Assembly: GCA_964016885.1 (NCBI GenBank)
Contig: OZ024744.1
Location: forward strand, 93,682,001-93,746,000
Reading direction: 5' to 3'
DNA from: Eledone cirrhosa
Lineage: Eukaryota
Length of the DNA stretch: 64,000 nt
The notes beneath the pieces were generated by a model that saw nothing but the letters and a program-made list of their open reading frames with translations, was not told the DNA's origin and ran no database searches. The position numbers and the translations under genes were made by a program. Positions 13,461 to 25,920 of this stretch are shown piece after piece (the first letter of the stretch is position 1; each line of letters begins with the position of its first letter).

Positions 13461-13770
13461 TTGCGAGATGGAGTGGCTCTTACAGCGCATCTCCCTTACC
13501 ATCCTCCGGGGAAACGCCTTCTCCATTTTGTCCGCCGGGGCTGTGGGGCGGCCAGCACATGGGACCCCATTTGCTCACTATACAGAGAGATGGGGGGCGA
13601 TGACGGTGGGAGTTCGGCTGTTCCGTGTTCGGACACATTGCACCCGTCAAGAATATATTTTCATATTTACACATCTAGCTAACACATATGAGGATGGTTT
13701 CTCGTTGTACTTGCAGTGTTACCACATGTGATGGCGATGGTTATTTATTTATAGCTGTGACTAAAATATA
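13461..13770 (+). mobile_element. 3' fragment of a CRE-like (RLE endonuclease) non-LTR element
   Basis: EWLLQRISLTILRGNAFSIL resembles the QRxSxAIQRGNA C-terminal motif of CRE-clade ORFs. Confidence 0.6.
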
Positions 13771-14032
13771 TATATTTATTTTAAGGCTTCTGTATTTTTT
13801 CTCCTTTTATAGTCCATAAACCGTACAGATAATGTAGCTAAAAGACAAATTTGTTATGGTTCTTTGATTCTCTATCTCTTCCTTTCTCTTGCCCTCCCCA
13901 CCATATATATATTCTGTTGTGTTCATCTTTTGATGTGTATATTTTATGTACAATTTCTTTCATTTTATTATTGATTTCGTCTTATAAAGATTTTGTTATC
14001 GTTTATTTTTTTTTCCTTTTTATCCCTTTCAG

Positions 14033-14082
14033 GTTTTTGAGAGAGCCAAAGCCTTTATGTTTCTCAATGATATAAAAAAGAA
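14033..14082 (+). CDS. VAMP7: VAMP7 coding exon 3
   Basis: VFERAKAFMFLNDIKK; ttcag acceptor, gtaaga donor. Confidence 0.95.
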
Positions 14083-14359
14083 GTAAGATTTAAGATTTTT
14101 TTTTTAATTACTTCATAAATTTGAAAAAAATTTAAAATAATTCAAATAGAATGAGAGACGATAATTGACCTGTTGTTGTTTTTGATGTTGGACATCATCA
14201 GTTCCAACAATGAGTATTCCAGTTGTTCAATCAATAGGCACAACCTTCTTAAAAAAATTATTGTGTAAATAGTGAATTCCAGAGACATGTGTCCACAGAT
14301 ATGTAATTCTTGAGGAGATTACAGGATAACAGTCTGTCTCTCTCTGTGTGTGTGTCACA

Positions 14360-14527
14360 AAGCAGGTCCTTTGAATTTACAGGTGCGACTTATTTTTTTG
14401 CCAGCTGAGTGGTCAGGAGCATTGTGAAATAAAGTGTCTTGCTCAAGGACACAACATGCTGACAATCAAACTCATGACCTTATGATTGTCAGTCAAACAC
14501 TTTAATCACTAAACCATGTGCCTTCAC
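14360..14527 (-). mobile_element. tRNA-derived SINE with CORE-like central domain (decayed); related copy ~25980-26240 (+)
   Basis: aaagtgtcttgctcaaggacacaac core and decayed tRNA-like head, similar to 56844-57172. Confidence 0.65.
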
Positions 14528-15119
14528 GTTGGAAACTGTATATTCATCATCATCATCATCATGTGTCCATTTTCCATACTGGCAAGAGTTAGACAGGTTG
14601 TCACATTCTGAGACTAGACAGGTCAGATGGTCATATCCTGCTCATATGTTCCATTTTGGCATGGATCCCATGGCTGAATTCCCTGCCTAACACCAGCCAC
14701 TTTACAAAGTGTACTTAATACATTTTATTATGGCACCAGCACTACCACCTTACAAAAAGTTTTAGAACCTCTGCTTTAGAGGATGGACTGGGTGTATTTA
14801 ATCATAGTACCAGCACTCTCACCTTACAGGGTGAACTGGGTGTATTACATATTTTACAGGTTTGTCTATTGTTAAACACTCTATTAATATACTGTATAAT
14901 ACATACAACTTATATTTCTATGTACAAATTTTATCATGGCACCAGCACTATCACTTTACAGAGTGCACCAGGTGCATTTCATTGTAGCACCAGCACTATC
15001 ACTTTACAGAGTGCACTGGGTGTATTTCATTATAACACCAGCTCTATCACTTTACAGAGTGAACTGGGTGCATTTCATTATAGCACCAGCACTATCTCTT
15101 TACAGAGTGCACTGGGTGT

Positions 15120-15911
15120 ATTACATTATAGCACCAACACTATCTCTTTACAGAGTGCACTGGGTGCATTATATATTTTAAAACTTTGTCTATTGTTAAA
15201 TACTCTACTAATATACAATATAATACATACAATTTGTATTTCTATATATAGATTTTATCATGGTACCAGCACTATCACTTTACAGAGTGCACTGGGTGTA
15301 TTACATATTTTACAATATTGTCTATTGTTAAATACTCTACTAATATACAGTATAATACATACAATTTGTATTTCTATATATAGATTTTATCATGGTACCA
15401 GCACTATCACTTTACAGAGTGCACTGGGTGTATTACATATTTTACAATATTGTCTATTGTTAAATACTCTACTAATATACAGTATAATACATACAATTTA
15501 TATTTCTATATATAGATTTTATCATGGTACCAGCACTATCACTTTACAGAGTGCACTGGGTGTATTACATATTTTACAATATTGTCTATTGTTAAATACT
15601 CTACTAATATACAGTATAATACATACAATTTGTATTTCTATATATAGATTTTATCATGGTACCAGCACTATCACTTTACAGAGTGCACTGGGTGTATTAC
15701 ATATTTTACAATATTGTCTATTGTTAAATACTCTACTAATATACAGTATAATACATACAATTTATATTTCTATATATAGATTTTATCATGGTACCAGCAC
15801 TATCACTTTACAGAGTGCACTGGGTGTATTACATATTTTACAATATTGTCTATTGTTAAATACTCTACTAATATACAGTATAATACATACAATTTATAAT
15901 TCTATATACAG
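15120..15911. repeat. 132-bp tandem repeat (~6 units) ending at the VAMP7 coding exon 4 acceptor; preceded by ~45-bp repeats from ~14700
   Basis: AG dinucleotides in tctatatatag/attt at 15251, 15383, 15515, 15647, 15779 and the true acceptor at 15911 are exactly 132 bp apart. Confidence 0.93.
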
Positions 15912-15999
15912 ATTTCAAGTTCAGTATGGCCAAAGAGCACGCACTGCATTACCATATGCAATGAACAGTGAATTCTCTCGAGAATTGAGTCTTCAAATG
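15912..15999 (+). CDS. VAMP7: VAMP7 coding exon 4
   Basis: (K)FQVQYGQRARTALPYAMNSEFSRELSLQM contains the VAMP7 signature TALPYAMNSEFS; tacag acceptor, gtaaga donor. Confidence 0.96.
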
Positions 16000-16219
16000 G
16001 TAAGACAGCAATAACTGGTTCTATTTTGGTTGTTTCCTATTATTTCAGTCATTTATTTTATGCCTTATTCATAGGAAATATACCATATATACTTGAATAT
16101 AAGCGGACACCTGCTATTTTATTTCTGAGAAATGGGCAAAAATCCAAACCCCATTTATAATCCAAATATACTTGAATCTTTGAAAATTAATAAATAAAAA
16201 CCTTTTTAAAGCTCATGGA

Positions 16220-16640
16220 TGTTATCCCACCATCTTGCTCAATGTCTACCCCAGGATCTCCTGCCAGTTGGTTTTTGCCCATAAAGATCTGTGCAGAACT
16301 TCTTTCCTATGACATTCTAACCACATACCCATAGTATCGGAGCTGTGATCTCTCAATTTGGAGTTGTAGCGGTTCTACCTGGAGTGACTCTGATCTCCGA
16401 GCTACGCACTTTATTGAGTAACGTTACTCCAAAGACTCTTCGGAGGAGGAGCACCAAGATAGCAAGTTTGGCTTTTACACTTACCTCCCTTTTTCTGGTT
16501 ACTGAATGTTGAACCTGCCACATTTCTACAATAGCTCCTGAAATTCTTGTACTTAATTCAGCCTCCTGCCTTCCATCACTTGTGAACACGGCCCCAAGAT
16601 ACTTCTCCACCTGATTCAGTGGAACTCTACTCAAATATAA
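16220..16640 (-). pseudogene. Decayed RTE-type LINE fragment
   Basis: EKYLGAVFTSDGRQEAELSTRISGA...LLRRVFGVTLLNKVRSSEIR. Confidence 0.7.
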
Positions 16641-17647
16641 ATTTTCAGGATGGTGGGTTGGCAGAATCCTCGATCGTCCAACAAAATGCTATGTATGAGT
16701 GTTGACTGAAAAGTTCCTAGTCTGACCAAGATACTCTCATGGAATGATTAAATGAGGTTTATTTTTCAACATAGTCCCTGGAAAGAAACAACGCAGATAA
16801 TTAATAAGAAGAGTTGAAATTAATACATATAGATTTCACAGCTTTAGCATCACTCTTTCATTGTCAGCCTATGAACTTTTCAACTTACCCTCATATATCT
16901 TTTAGACAAAAAACTATACCTATTAATTATTAACCTGGGGAAAACCTTTGACGAATTTCCTTAAAAGTAATTGATAGATTCTGTTACCTAATATAGCAGA
17001 GGGGTGGGGTCTGAGAGCATAGAATATGGTGGATAGAGTTTAGGGAGATATTATTTTTGCTGGCAAAAAGGGTTTTCCAAATGAGGTTTATTTTTCAATA
17101 TAGTCCCTGGAAAGAAACAATGCAGTTATTAATAAGAAGAGTTGAAATTAATGTATGCAAGATTTCACAACTCTAGCATCACTCCTTCAAAGGCTAACCA
17201 AGATACTCTCATGGAATGACCAAATGAGGTTTATTTTTCAACATAGTCCCTCCATCTTGAAATTCGCCAACACTACACCTGATATACTCCCTCCTTACAC
17301 ATGCACACATGTATATCATGACTCGTACATTGTTCACTTTCCTGACATTTGTACATTATTCTATGTACTATACATGTACCTTTGAGGAGTTAGTTGAGGT
17401 GCACCTGAGCACTGTACACAATAATTTCATTATTATTATTATAGAAAGAGGCCACAAAAAACGAACTCAGACAAATTTTTTTTTTCTTTGGGAGATTGTT
17501 TGTATCTGCAGAAGTTTGTCAGTAGATTGTTCGTAAGGTAGGGATTAATATTCTTATGTCCAGACTTCTAAAGATAGTAATTGTTGTTTATGATATGATT
17601 TTGAAGAAAACTATTTAATCTTAATTTATTTTGTATTAATTCTTCAG

Positions 17648-17738
17648 CGATATTACTCAGATGTGAAAAATACAGATAAATTGGATAAAGTTAATAACCA
17701 AGTGAATGAACTGAAAGAAATTATTGTGAGAGATATTG
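17648..17738 (+). CDS. VAMP7: VAMP7 coding exon 5 (SNARE motif start)
   Basis: RYYSDVKNTDKLDKVNNQVNELKEIIVRDI; ttcag acceptor, gtaagt donor. Confidence 0.95.
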
Positions 17739-17749
17739 GTAAGTAAATA

Positions 17750-17930
17750 ACTGTTTCTACTTTAGGCACAAGGCCAGCAATTACCCAGTGCATTACTGGT
17801 ACTTTATTTTATCGACCCCGTAAGGATGAAAGGCAAAGTCAACCTCGGCGGGATTTGAACTCAGATCGTAAAGGGACGTAACTATGCTGGAAAGCATGGC
17901 GTCTGACCCTCTACCGATACTGCCAATCCA
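17750..17930 (-). mobile_element. tRNA-derived SINE with Nin-like central domain; copies at 20984-21143 (+), 29312-29500 (-), fragments at 10412-10700 and 20730-20840
   Basis: B box GAGTTCAAATCCC; gcctttcatccttacggggtcgataaaataaagtaccag domain; the 20984 copy has a 14-bp TSD attattataaaaga. Confidence 0.85.
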
Positions 17931-18169
17931 TAACAGAAAGTAAAAATATAGGAACTTGTAGTGATTGAAGGAAGAGGAGTTTGAGTATACTCATTTCATT
18001 GTCATCATCATCATCATCATCATCACCATTTAATGTCTGTTTTCTATGCTTGCATAGGTTAGGAGGCTGTCGCATATTCAGGCCAAACCTGACAGGTAAT
18101 TAGGTCCTGCTCATATACTTCACTTTAGCTTGGTTTCTACAGTTGGATGCTCTTCCTGATATATATATA

Positions 18170-18845
18170 TCATCATCATCATCATTTTACGTCAGTTCTT
18201 CCATGCTAGCATGGGTTAGACGGGTTGTCCTGGTGTAGGCAGTGTCTGGTCGGTTGACCATGCCTTGCTCATACAGGAACTGATTCTGGCTTGATTTCTA
18301 CAGCTGGATGCCCTTCCTAACACCAACTTCATTTACAATGTGGGCTGGGTGCTTTTTTGCCATGGCACCTCCACGACCACCTTGCAGGGGGGGGGGGGGG
18401 CATATTGTCTATATGCTTCAGCTTGTACCCATGGGAGGTTGGGTACTCTGTATTACTGCGTGACACCAGAGATCACGGTTGTGTGTCATCGCCTTTGAGA
18501 GGTATAATTGGGTAAGGTCAGCTTTTATCACCTCATCCCAGGTCATCTTGGGTCTCCCCACTCCGCGGTTTCCATCGACTTCACCTTTTTATGCAGCTAT
18601 CATCCTTCATACACATCCATACCAACGCAACCGCCTCTTATGCTCAGTCTATATATATATATATATATATATCATCATCATCGTTTTATATCCGCTTTTC
18701 CATGCTTGCAAGGGTCAGACGGGTCCTCTTCAGCATAGCATATCTCCATTTATCACGCTCCTTCGTCATCTCCACTGTGAGCTTCAGTGTTCTGAGATCA
18801 ACTCTCACCACCTCTGCCCGTGTTTTCTGTGGTCTTCCTTCCACT
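18170..18845 (-). mobile_element. Two adjacent truncated RTE 3' ends separated by (TA)n
   Basis: 18170-18648 matches the 35872 family; 18672-18845 matches the 45112 family; (CAT)n tails. Confidence 0.85.
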
Positions 18846-19159
18846 GGGATTCAAATCCTGCCAACTGGTTATGAAAGCTACAATGTATGGAGGAGGAGTA
18901 TTGTGGCTATCGGTTACTATAGATGATCAATGATAGTGAAGCTGGTGGTAATGATGATGATGATAGTAGTGATGGTGATGTTAATCAAATGGCCATGAGG
19001 TCACAACTGATTATAAAAGTCACAATGTATTGTGACTATTTCTTACTGCAGTTGAATAATGATAATACAGCGTTTCTAGTCATAAGCATGTTCCTTGTAT
19101 CATTTTGGTAGGTGCAGGTCTTCATAATTTTCCAACAAATGTGACAAATGTTCCGATAA

Positions 19160-20018
19160 AAAAATGACTAAATTTACAACAAAAAATTTATAAATTTTAC
19201 AAAAAAAATGACTGAATTTTACAAAAAAAATGACTGAATTTTACAAAAAAAATGACTGAATTTTACGACAAAAATGACTGAATTTTACGACAAAAATGAC
19301 TGAATTTTACGACAAAAATGACTGAATTTTACGACAAAAGTGACTGAATTTTACGACAAAAGTGACTGAATTTTACGACAAAAGTGACTGAATTTTACGA
19401 CAAAAGTGACTGAATTTTACGACAAAAGTGACTGAATTTTACGACAAAAGTGACTGAATTTTACGACAAAAGTGACTGAATTTTACGACAAAAGTGACTG
19501 AATTTTACGACAAAAGTGACTGAATTTTACGACAAAAGTGACTGAATTTTACGGCAAAAGTGACTGAATTTTACGGCAAAAGTGACTGAATTTTACGGCA
19601 AAAGTGACTGAATTTTACGGCAAAAGTGACTGAATTTTACGGCAAAAGTGACTGAATTTTACGACAAAAGTGACTGAATTTTACGACAAAAGTGACTGAA
19701 TTTTACGACAAAAGTGACTGAATTTTACGACAAAAGTGACTGAATTTTACGACAAAAGTGACTGAATTTTACGACAAAAGTGACTGAATTTTACGACAAA
19801 AGTGACTGAATTTTACGACAAAAGTGACTGAATTTTACGACAAAAGTGACTGAATTTTACGACAAAAGTGACTGAATTTTACGACAAAAGTGACTGAATT
19901 TTACGACAAAAGTGACTGAATTTTACGACAAAAGTGACTGAATTTTACGACAAAAGTGACTGAATTTTACGACAAAAGTGACTAAATTTTACGACAAAAA
20001 TAACTAAATTTTACGACA
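19160..20018. repeat. 22-bp minisatellite (aaaagtgactgaattttacgac)n, ~38 copies
   Basis: Direct inspection; degenerate A-rich units at the edges, G-variant block at ~19550-19645. Confidence 0.97.
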
Positions 20019-22237
20019 GCAATTATTTTTGTTGGGTGGGGGGGGGTGCAGCTGTACCCCAAACAATACACTACTGTCTCTAGTGGTAAAAATGGTGAAA
20101 TGTACCCAGCCCATGCTATGTAATAGTTGGTGTTAGGAAGGGCACCCAGCTGTAATAAATATGTGGAAAATTGAAGAACACGCCAAAAAAAAAAAAGGAT
20201 GTTGTAAGTCACATTTATCCAATTTACCTAGAAGGGCAGTATCTCTGAATAGGAAATATTACCTGTTAAAGGAGGGTGTTTTGTCTTTCCGTAGAAAACC
20301 TCTCTAGAGCTCGCTCTACAATAAAATGCACCCAAAACATGCTGTAAAGTGGTTGGTGATCTGGTGGGCATCTATCTAGCTGTAAAAATCTTACCAAAGA
20401 AAAGGAATGAACAATGGAAATGTTGTTTTCATAAGCCCCATTATCAGCAACCTGCCAAGGAGGCAAATTGTATATATGTAACTCCATAAAGCAGCTGTAC
20501 ATCAATTGTAATGGCAAACGTATTCAAGAAAGATAACTGCTATGTTTTGGGCATTTAAATAAAATAATATAGCGTCTTCAGTGAGATGAATAGAGATAGT
20601 GTGTATGTATGTATAGTGAGTATACATATATATATGTATATGTATAATGTACCTGTAAATTGTAATATTATAGATTAACCTAGGGCAGTATTTGTAAAGC
20701 ATGAGACATGCTCTGCTGCCTATAGTTATGGCCTGGAGTTCAAATCCCACCAAAGTTAGTTTTGCCTTTCATCTTTACTGTGTCAACAAAATAAAGTACC
20801 AGTAATGCACTGACCTTGTGCCTAAATCAGAAACCAATATATTGCAGATTAAGCTAAAACAATAAGGATGATAGTGGAAGTTTCTGGTATATAATTTTAT
20901 TTCTTAACTAAAACCTATTAAAACTTTTCTTTTAAATTAGAATTTTGTATTTAATAATCAATCATCATCATTATTATAAAAGAGAGGGTCGGACGCCATG
21001 CTTTCCAGCATAGTTACGTCCCTTTACGATCTGAGTTCAAATCCCGCCGAGGTTGACTTTGCCTTTCATCCTTACGGGGTCGATAAAATAAAGTACCAGT
21101 AATGAACTGGGTAATTGCTGGCCTTGTGCCTAAAGTAGAAACAATTATTATAAAAGAAGAGCTGTTTTTCGTCTGTCTGTCTGTCCATCACACTTATATA
21201 TAGGAGTGAAAAAGGGAGGCAACCCCCCCTTTTTTTTTAAGTTGAAACAAGGGAGATAACTTATGTCATGCTTATAGTTTATTGCAAGCTTACACTTAGA
21301 GATCTAAAGGGGGTGGGGCAGGGGATCTAGTATTTGTAATTTTTATCTGGGTTATGTTTTTTTTATTCTTTTACAAGTTTTAGTCTTGCCAAATCACTAT
21401 GTTATGGGGGAGGGGTAGACATCGACACGTGTGCAGGTGCACACACACATACATATATGTATGTATGCATATGATGGGCTCCCACAATTTCTGATTACAA
21501 AATTCTACTTATAAGACATTGGTCATCCCAAAGACAGTAGTAAAAGATATTTACCCAAAGTACCACATAGTAGGATAGAACCCAAAACCACATGGTTGCA
21601 TAGCAACCCTTCTAACCACATGGCCATGCTTACTTTGCTAGTACATTGCATATTTTGGCATGGTTTCTACAGTTGAATTCCGTTCCTAATGCCAACCACT
21701 TCACCAAATGTACCAGGTGCATTTTATAGAGGCACTAGCACTACCACTTTACAGAGGGCACTAGGTGTATTTTATCCTTAAAAAAGGGGGGTTTCCTCCC
21801 TTTTTCACTCCTACATATAAGTGTGATGGACAGACAGATAGACGGAAAAACAGCTCTTCTTTTATAATAATGATGATGATTGATTATTAAATTAAAAAAT
21901 TCTAATTTAAAAGGAAAGTTTTAATAGGTTTTATTTAAGAAATAAAATTAAATACCAGAAACTTTACAGAAGGCACTAGGTGTATTTTATCCTTGCACCA
22001 GCACTAACATTTTACAGAATTGGTTGGGTGCAATTTATCATGGCATCAGCACTATCAGTTTATAGAGTGTACTTGGGTGCACTATATATATATCCTTTTA
22101 TATTCTTACTTTTCTTTTTCTTTTTTTTTCTCTCTTTTTTTTTTTTGTTACTACTTTACACCCTTGTCCCCCCCATACACACAAACACATTTATATAAAT
22201 ATTATATGAGACTTCATATTGTTATTACTTTTTTCAG

Positions 22238-22305
22238 ATCAAATATCAGATCGAAATGAGAAACTAGAGCTTCTTGTTGATAAAGCAAATGACCTAAATG
22301 TAAAT
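22238..22305 (+). CDS. VAMP7: VAMP7 coding exon 6 (zero-layer Arg)
   Basis: (D)QISDRNEKLELLVDKANDLNVN; ttcag acceptor, gtaagt donor. Confidence 0.95.
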
Positions 22306-23893
22306 GTAAGTTGTGTGAATTGTCTCTATCTATTTTTGTACTTTAACCCTATGTAACTTTCTGTAATCAAACCTGCAATATTTGGCTTGTTAAATATAGC
22401 TAGTTTGTTAAAATTTGTCATACTGTACTTACAGCTTTGATTACGTGTTAATCATAATGTGTTACTTTAGACAACAGATAATGTCCCACAAAATTTCATG
22501 AGAAATCACATCTTTTCAGTTTTTATGTTTTATCAATTGGTCTTTTCTCTTTTTTTCTCCTCAAACCTAGGCTATAGGCTAGATAACTAAAAAGTAAAGT
22601 CAACAGTTTGTAAAATGTCTTTTCCATCCTGTAATTGTTTTAGTTTCAACAGTCTCAGATCAAGTCACCCACCAGACATGTACAACTGTGGCTAAAATGA
22701 CTTCCATGATGTAATTGTTTTAGTTTCAACACAGTCTCAGATCAAGTCACTTGCCAGACATGTACAACTGTAGCTAAAATGACTCTTCCATGATGTAATT
22801 GTTTAGTACAATTTGTAATTTAATTCTTTATACATACACATACCTATATATATATAATAGGATATACGAAACGTAGGAGAGGAGGAGGTAGAGAGATACA
22901 GAGAGGTACGATACAGATTACTAAATGTCGAAAGTCGAAGCAAAGTGTGCTCAATGTTTGGGTTAGCAGTGTTTAATATTAGAGAAGGGTTAATATTCAG
23001 TAGAGTGTTCAAGCATATATATATGTAATATATATAGTAGTAATAATAAATGTGAAGACTAAAATCCAAAGAGGGCTTGATAAGGGTAAATATATATCAA
23101 ATATATAAGAACCCTAGAGCAAATATTTATTAAAATAACAGATTAAAGTTTAAGCAAAGAATCGCTGCTTTCACTCTTAACGGGTTCTTCTGAAAGATCC
23201 TGTTAAGGGTCAAAGCAGCGATTCTTTGCATAAACTTTAATCTGTTATATGAAGTACGTGAATTTGTATATCTAGCGATATAGGGCATGTTTAAAAATAA
23301 ACATTTTGAAAGCCTTCAGCTATGAATTTGGAAAATGATGGTATAGCGCCATCTAGCAGATTCCAGCAGAAGTTACGGAGAGTGACAATGATTTCATCGT
23401 TTCTGACTCTGGTCGTTATCAAGCAAGTGTTCCTCACCCCGCACACTGCTGGGACTCAATATAGCCCAAAACATAGTTTAGATGCCTATGTACATGGGCT
23501 GATTAGCCTCATTTGCATATAGAGCTATTGGGTGGCTCAGACAGAAAATAAAATTAGGATGTTAGCTCTAACATAGCTGTGTATATGAAGTATGTGTTTT
23601 TGTATATCTGGCGATATACGGTATGGTTATAAATAAACATTTTATTTATAAACATACCGTATATCGCCAGATATACAAATTAATGTACTTCATATACACA
23701 GCTAACATCCTAATTACATATATATAGTAGACAGTCAGGGCTCGACAGCTGAGCTCTTACCATTTGGACAGCCATTATCTAGACAGAAATTTGCTTTCGA
23801 AATAGCAAGAGCTCAGCTGTTGGGCCCTGACCGTCTACTATATTTACACTCTGCTGAATAATGGTGTTACTAGTTTAAAACTGGTATAATCCT

Positions 23894-24058
<165 letters not shown>

Positions 24059-24105
24059 ACACACATACACATGCAATATACCCTCTCTCTTTTATTCTTT
24101 TACAG

Positions 24106-24198
24106 TCTGTATCTTTTAAGAAATCTAGTGTCAACCTTGCTAGATCCCTGTGGCGAAAAAATGTAAAGATATGCATTTTAATGTTTTTTGTTGTGGTG
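24106..24198 (+). CDS. VAMP7: VAMP7 coding exon 7 (SNARE end, TM start)
   Basis: SVSFKKSSVNLARSLWRKNVKICILMFFVVV; tacag acceptor, gtaagt donor. Confidence 0.95.
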
Positions 24199-24932
24199 GT
24201 AAGTTAAATCTACCTACTTTTTTTGGTGTGTATGTATGTGTGTGGAGGGGGGGGGGTATTAACCATTTTGTTGGTAAACCACCCATGGTATAAAACTTTA
24301 TATTAACCCTTTTGATACCAGAGCAGTTTGCTATAACGTGTTTATATTTACCAAAATGCCTTTCATCATAATGTTATGTTAGAGCCTTTGTTAAATTATA
24401 TTCAAAACACTCAACTTAATAATAAGCAAGTTTGTTATATTATTCAATTCGCTTCTCTAAATTCTTAACTATTTTCTAGATTATTTCAAGGTGATAGGTA
24501 CTGTCTATTATTAAAAATAACGTAATGAAAGGGTTAAAATGTATGTATCCTCATCATCATTGTTTTTACATCCATTTTACCATGCTTGCATGTGTTGGGT
24601 GGATCCTTTTCAGCCCAGCATCTCCACTTGCTGTGTTTCTTTGTCATCTCCTTTGTGAGTCTCAGCGATTTGAAGTCAGCTCTCACCACCTCTGTCCAGG
24701 TCTTCCTTGGTCTACCTCTACTGCAGCTTCGTTCCACTGACATTTCCTCTGCCCAGGTCTTCCTTGGTCTACCTCTACAGCAGCTTCCCTCCACTGATTT
24801 CCTGGGACTTTTATATGTTTATGGTAACTTTGCTTGTGGACAGTTCTGTGTAAAAATGTGCAGTATTATCTCTTACCATTTTGTAATAATTTAGCAGAAA
24901 ATATTTGAAAATGGATTTTTGTTTATAGTATA

Positions 24933-25444
24933 CTAGCAGAATGGCCCGGCGTTGCTCGGGCTTCTAAACATAGATTGGCATGTTTATCCCTCCTTTCTGA
25001 AACAGTTTTGTCGTATGTTCACCAATTGATGCAGAAGTCCTAATAAAAAGTGAAGTCACCTTGGGTGAATAGGCAAATAATTTTCCATTAAGATTTTTCA
25101 AAAGCATGTAATTGCGTTCCCTCTCTTTTTTTGTTGTTGTTTTTGCTGCTGTTGGTGTGATAGCGGCCATTGGTCGTACTACTAATACAGTCTCATCCTT
25201 CTTCAGTCAATCGTGTATATCCCCTTCTGCCTCGCCAACAATGAGAACAATATTTGCTCTAGGGTTCTTATATATTTGATATATATTTACCCTTATCGAG
25301 CCTCGTGAAATAAATACGTTTGTTTATATTTTGTTATTGTGTATGCAAAAATATCTGTACACGAATATATAATTATATATATATCTAAAACAGAGAATGT
25401 ATGTCTGTCTGTCTGACTCCCCAAAATTCGAGAACCACCCAACC

Positions 25445-25480
<36 letters not shown>

Positions 25481-25920
25481 CAAACTTTACACATGTAATA
25501 CTTATGGTCGTGTGAGTATTTTGAGCAAAAAATATTTCAAATTTTCAATGCCCTAGGGACCACATTAGATAGCTATAACGTTGCACCCTTATAATATCTG
25601 TCTGTATGTCCGGCTGTCTGCCTTACGACTTTGACACTATCTGCGTGTGTGTTTATATTCTGAAACTAAAAAAATCAATCTGTGAACGCAGAAGTAAATA
25701 TTACGAAAAACGTTACACACTATATATACATACACACACACTATATATACATATACAGACACACAGATAGCGTCATAATGTTGTAATGCAAACATACAGC
25801 CAGATATGATAAGGGCGCAACGTTCGGCGCCTAATGCGGTCCCTAGGGCATTGAAAATTTGAAAAATCGGTTGGGTGGTTCTCAAGTTTTAGGGAGTCAG
25901 ACTCTGTTTTAGATATGTAG
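24933..25920 (-). mobile_element. Non-autonomous Helitron-like element
   Basis: Minus strand ends with hairpin cccgagcaacgccggg then CTAG; TC-starting terminus near 25920; inverted second 5' terminus at ~25380. Confidence 0.65.

Noticed and set aside
14869-16014. 381-aa ORF as a stand-alone gene
   Set aside because: It is a 132-bp tandem repeat read through into VAMP7 coding exon 4, starts at a non-ATG codon and runs past the splice donor
20536-20585. Minus-strand CTGAAGA...gcccaaaacatagcagt
   Set aside because: No GAAA and inconsistent stems
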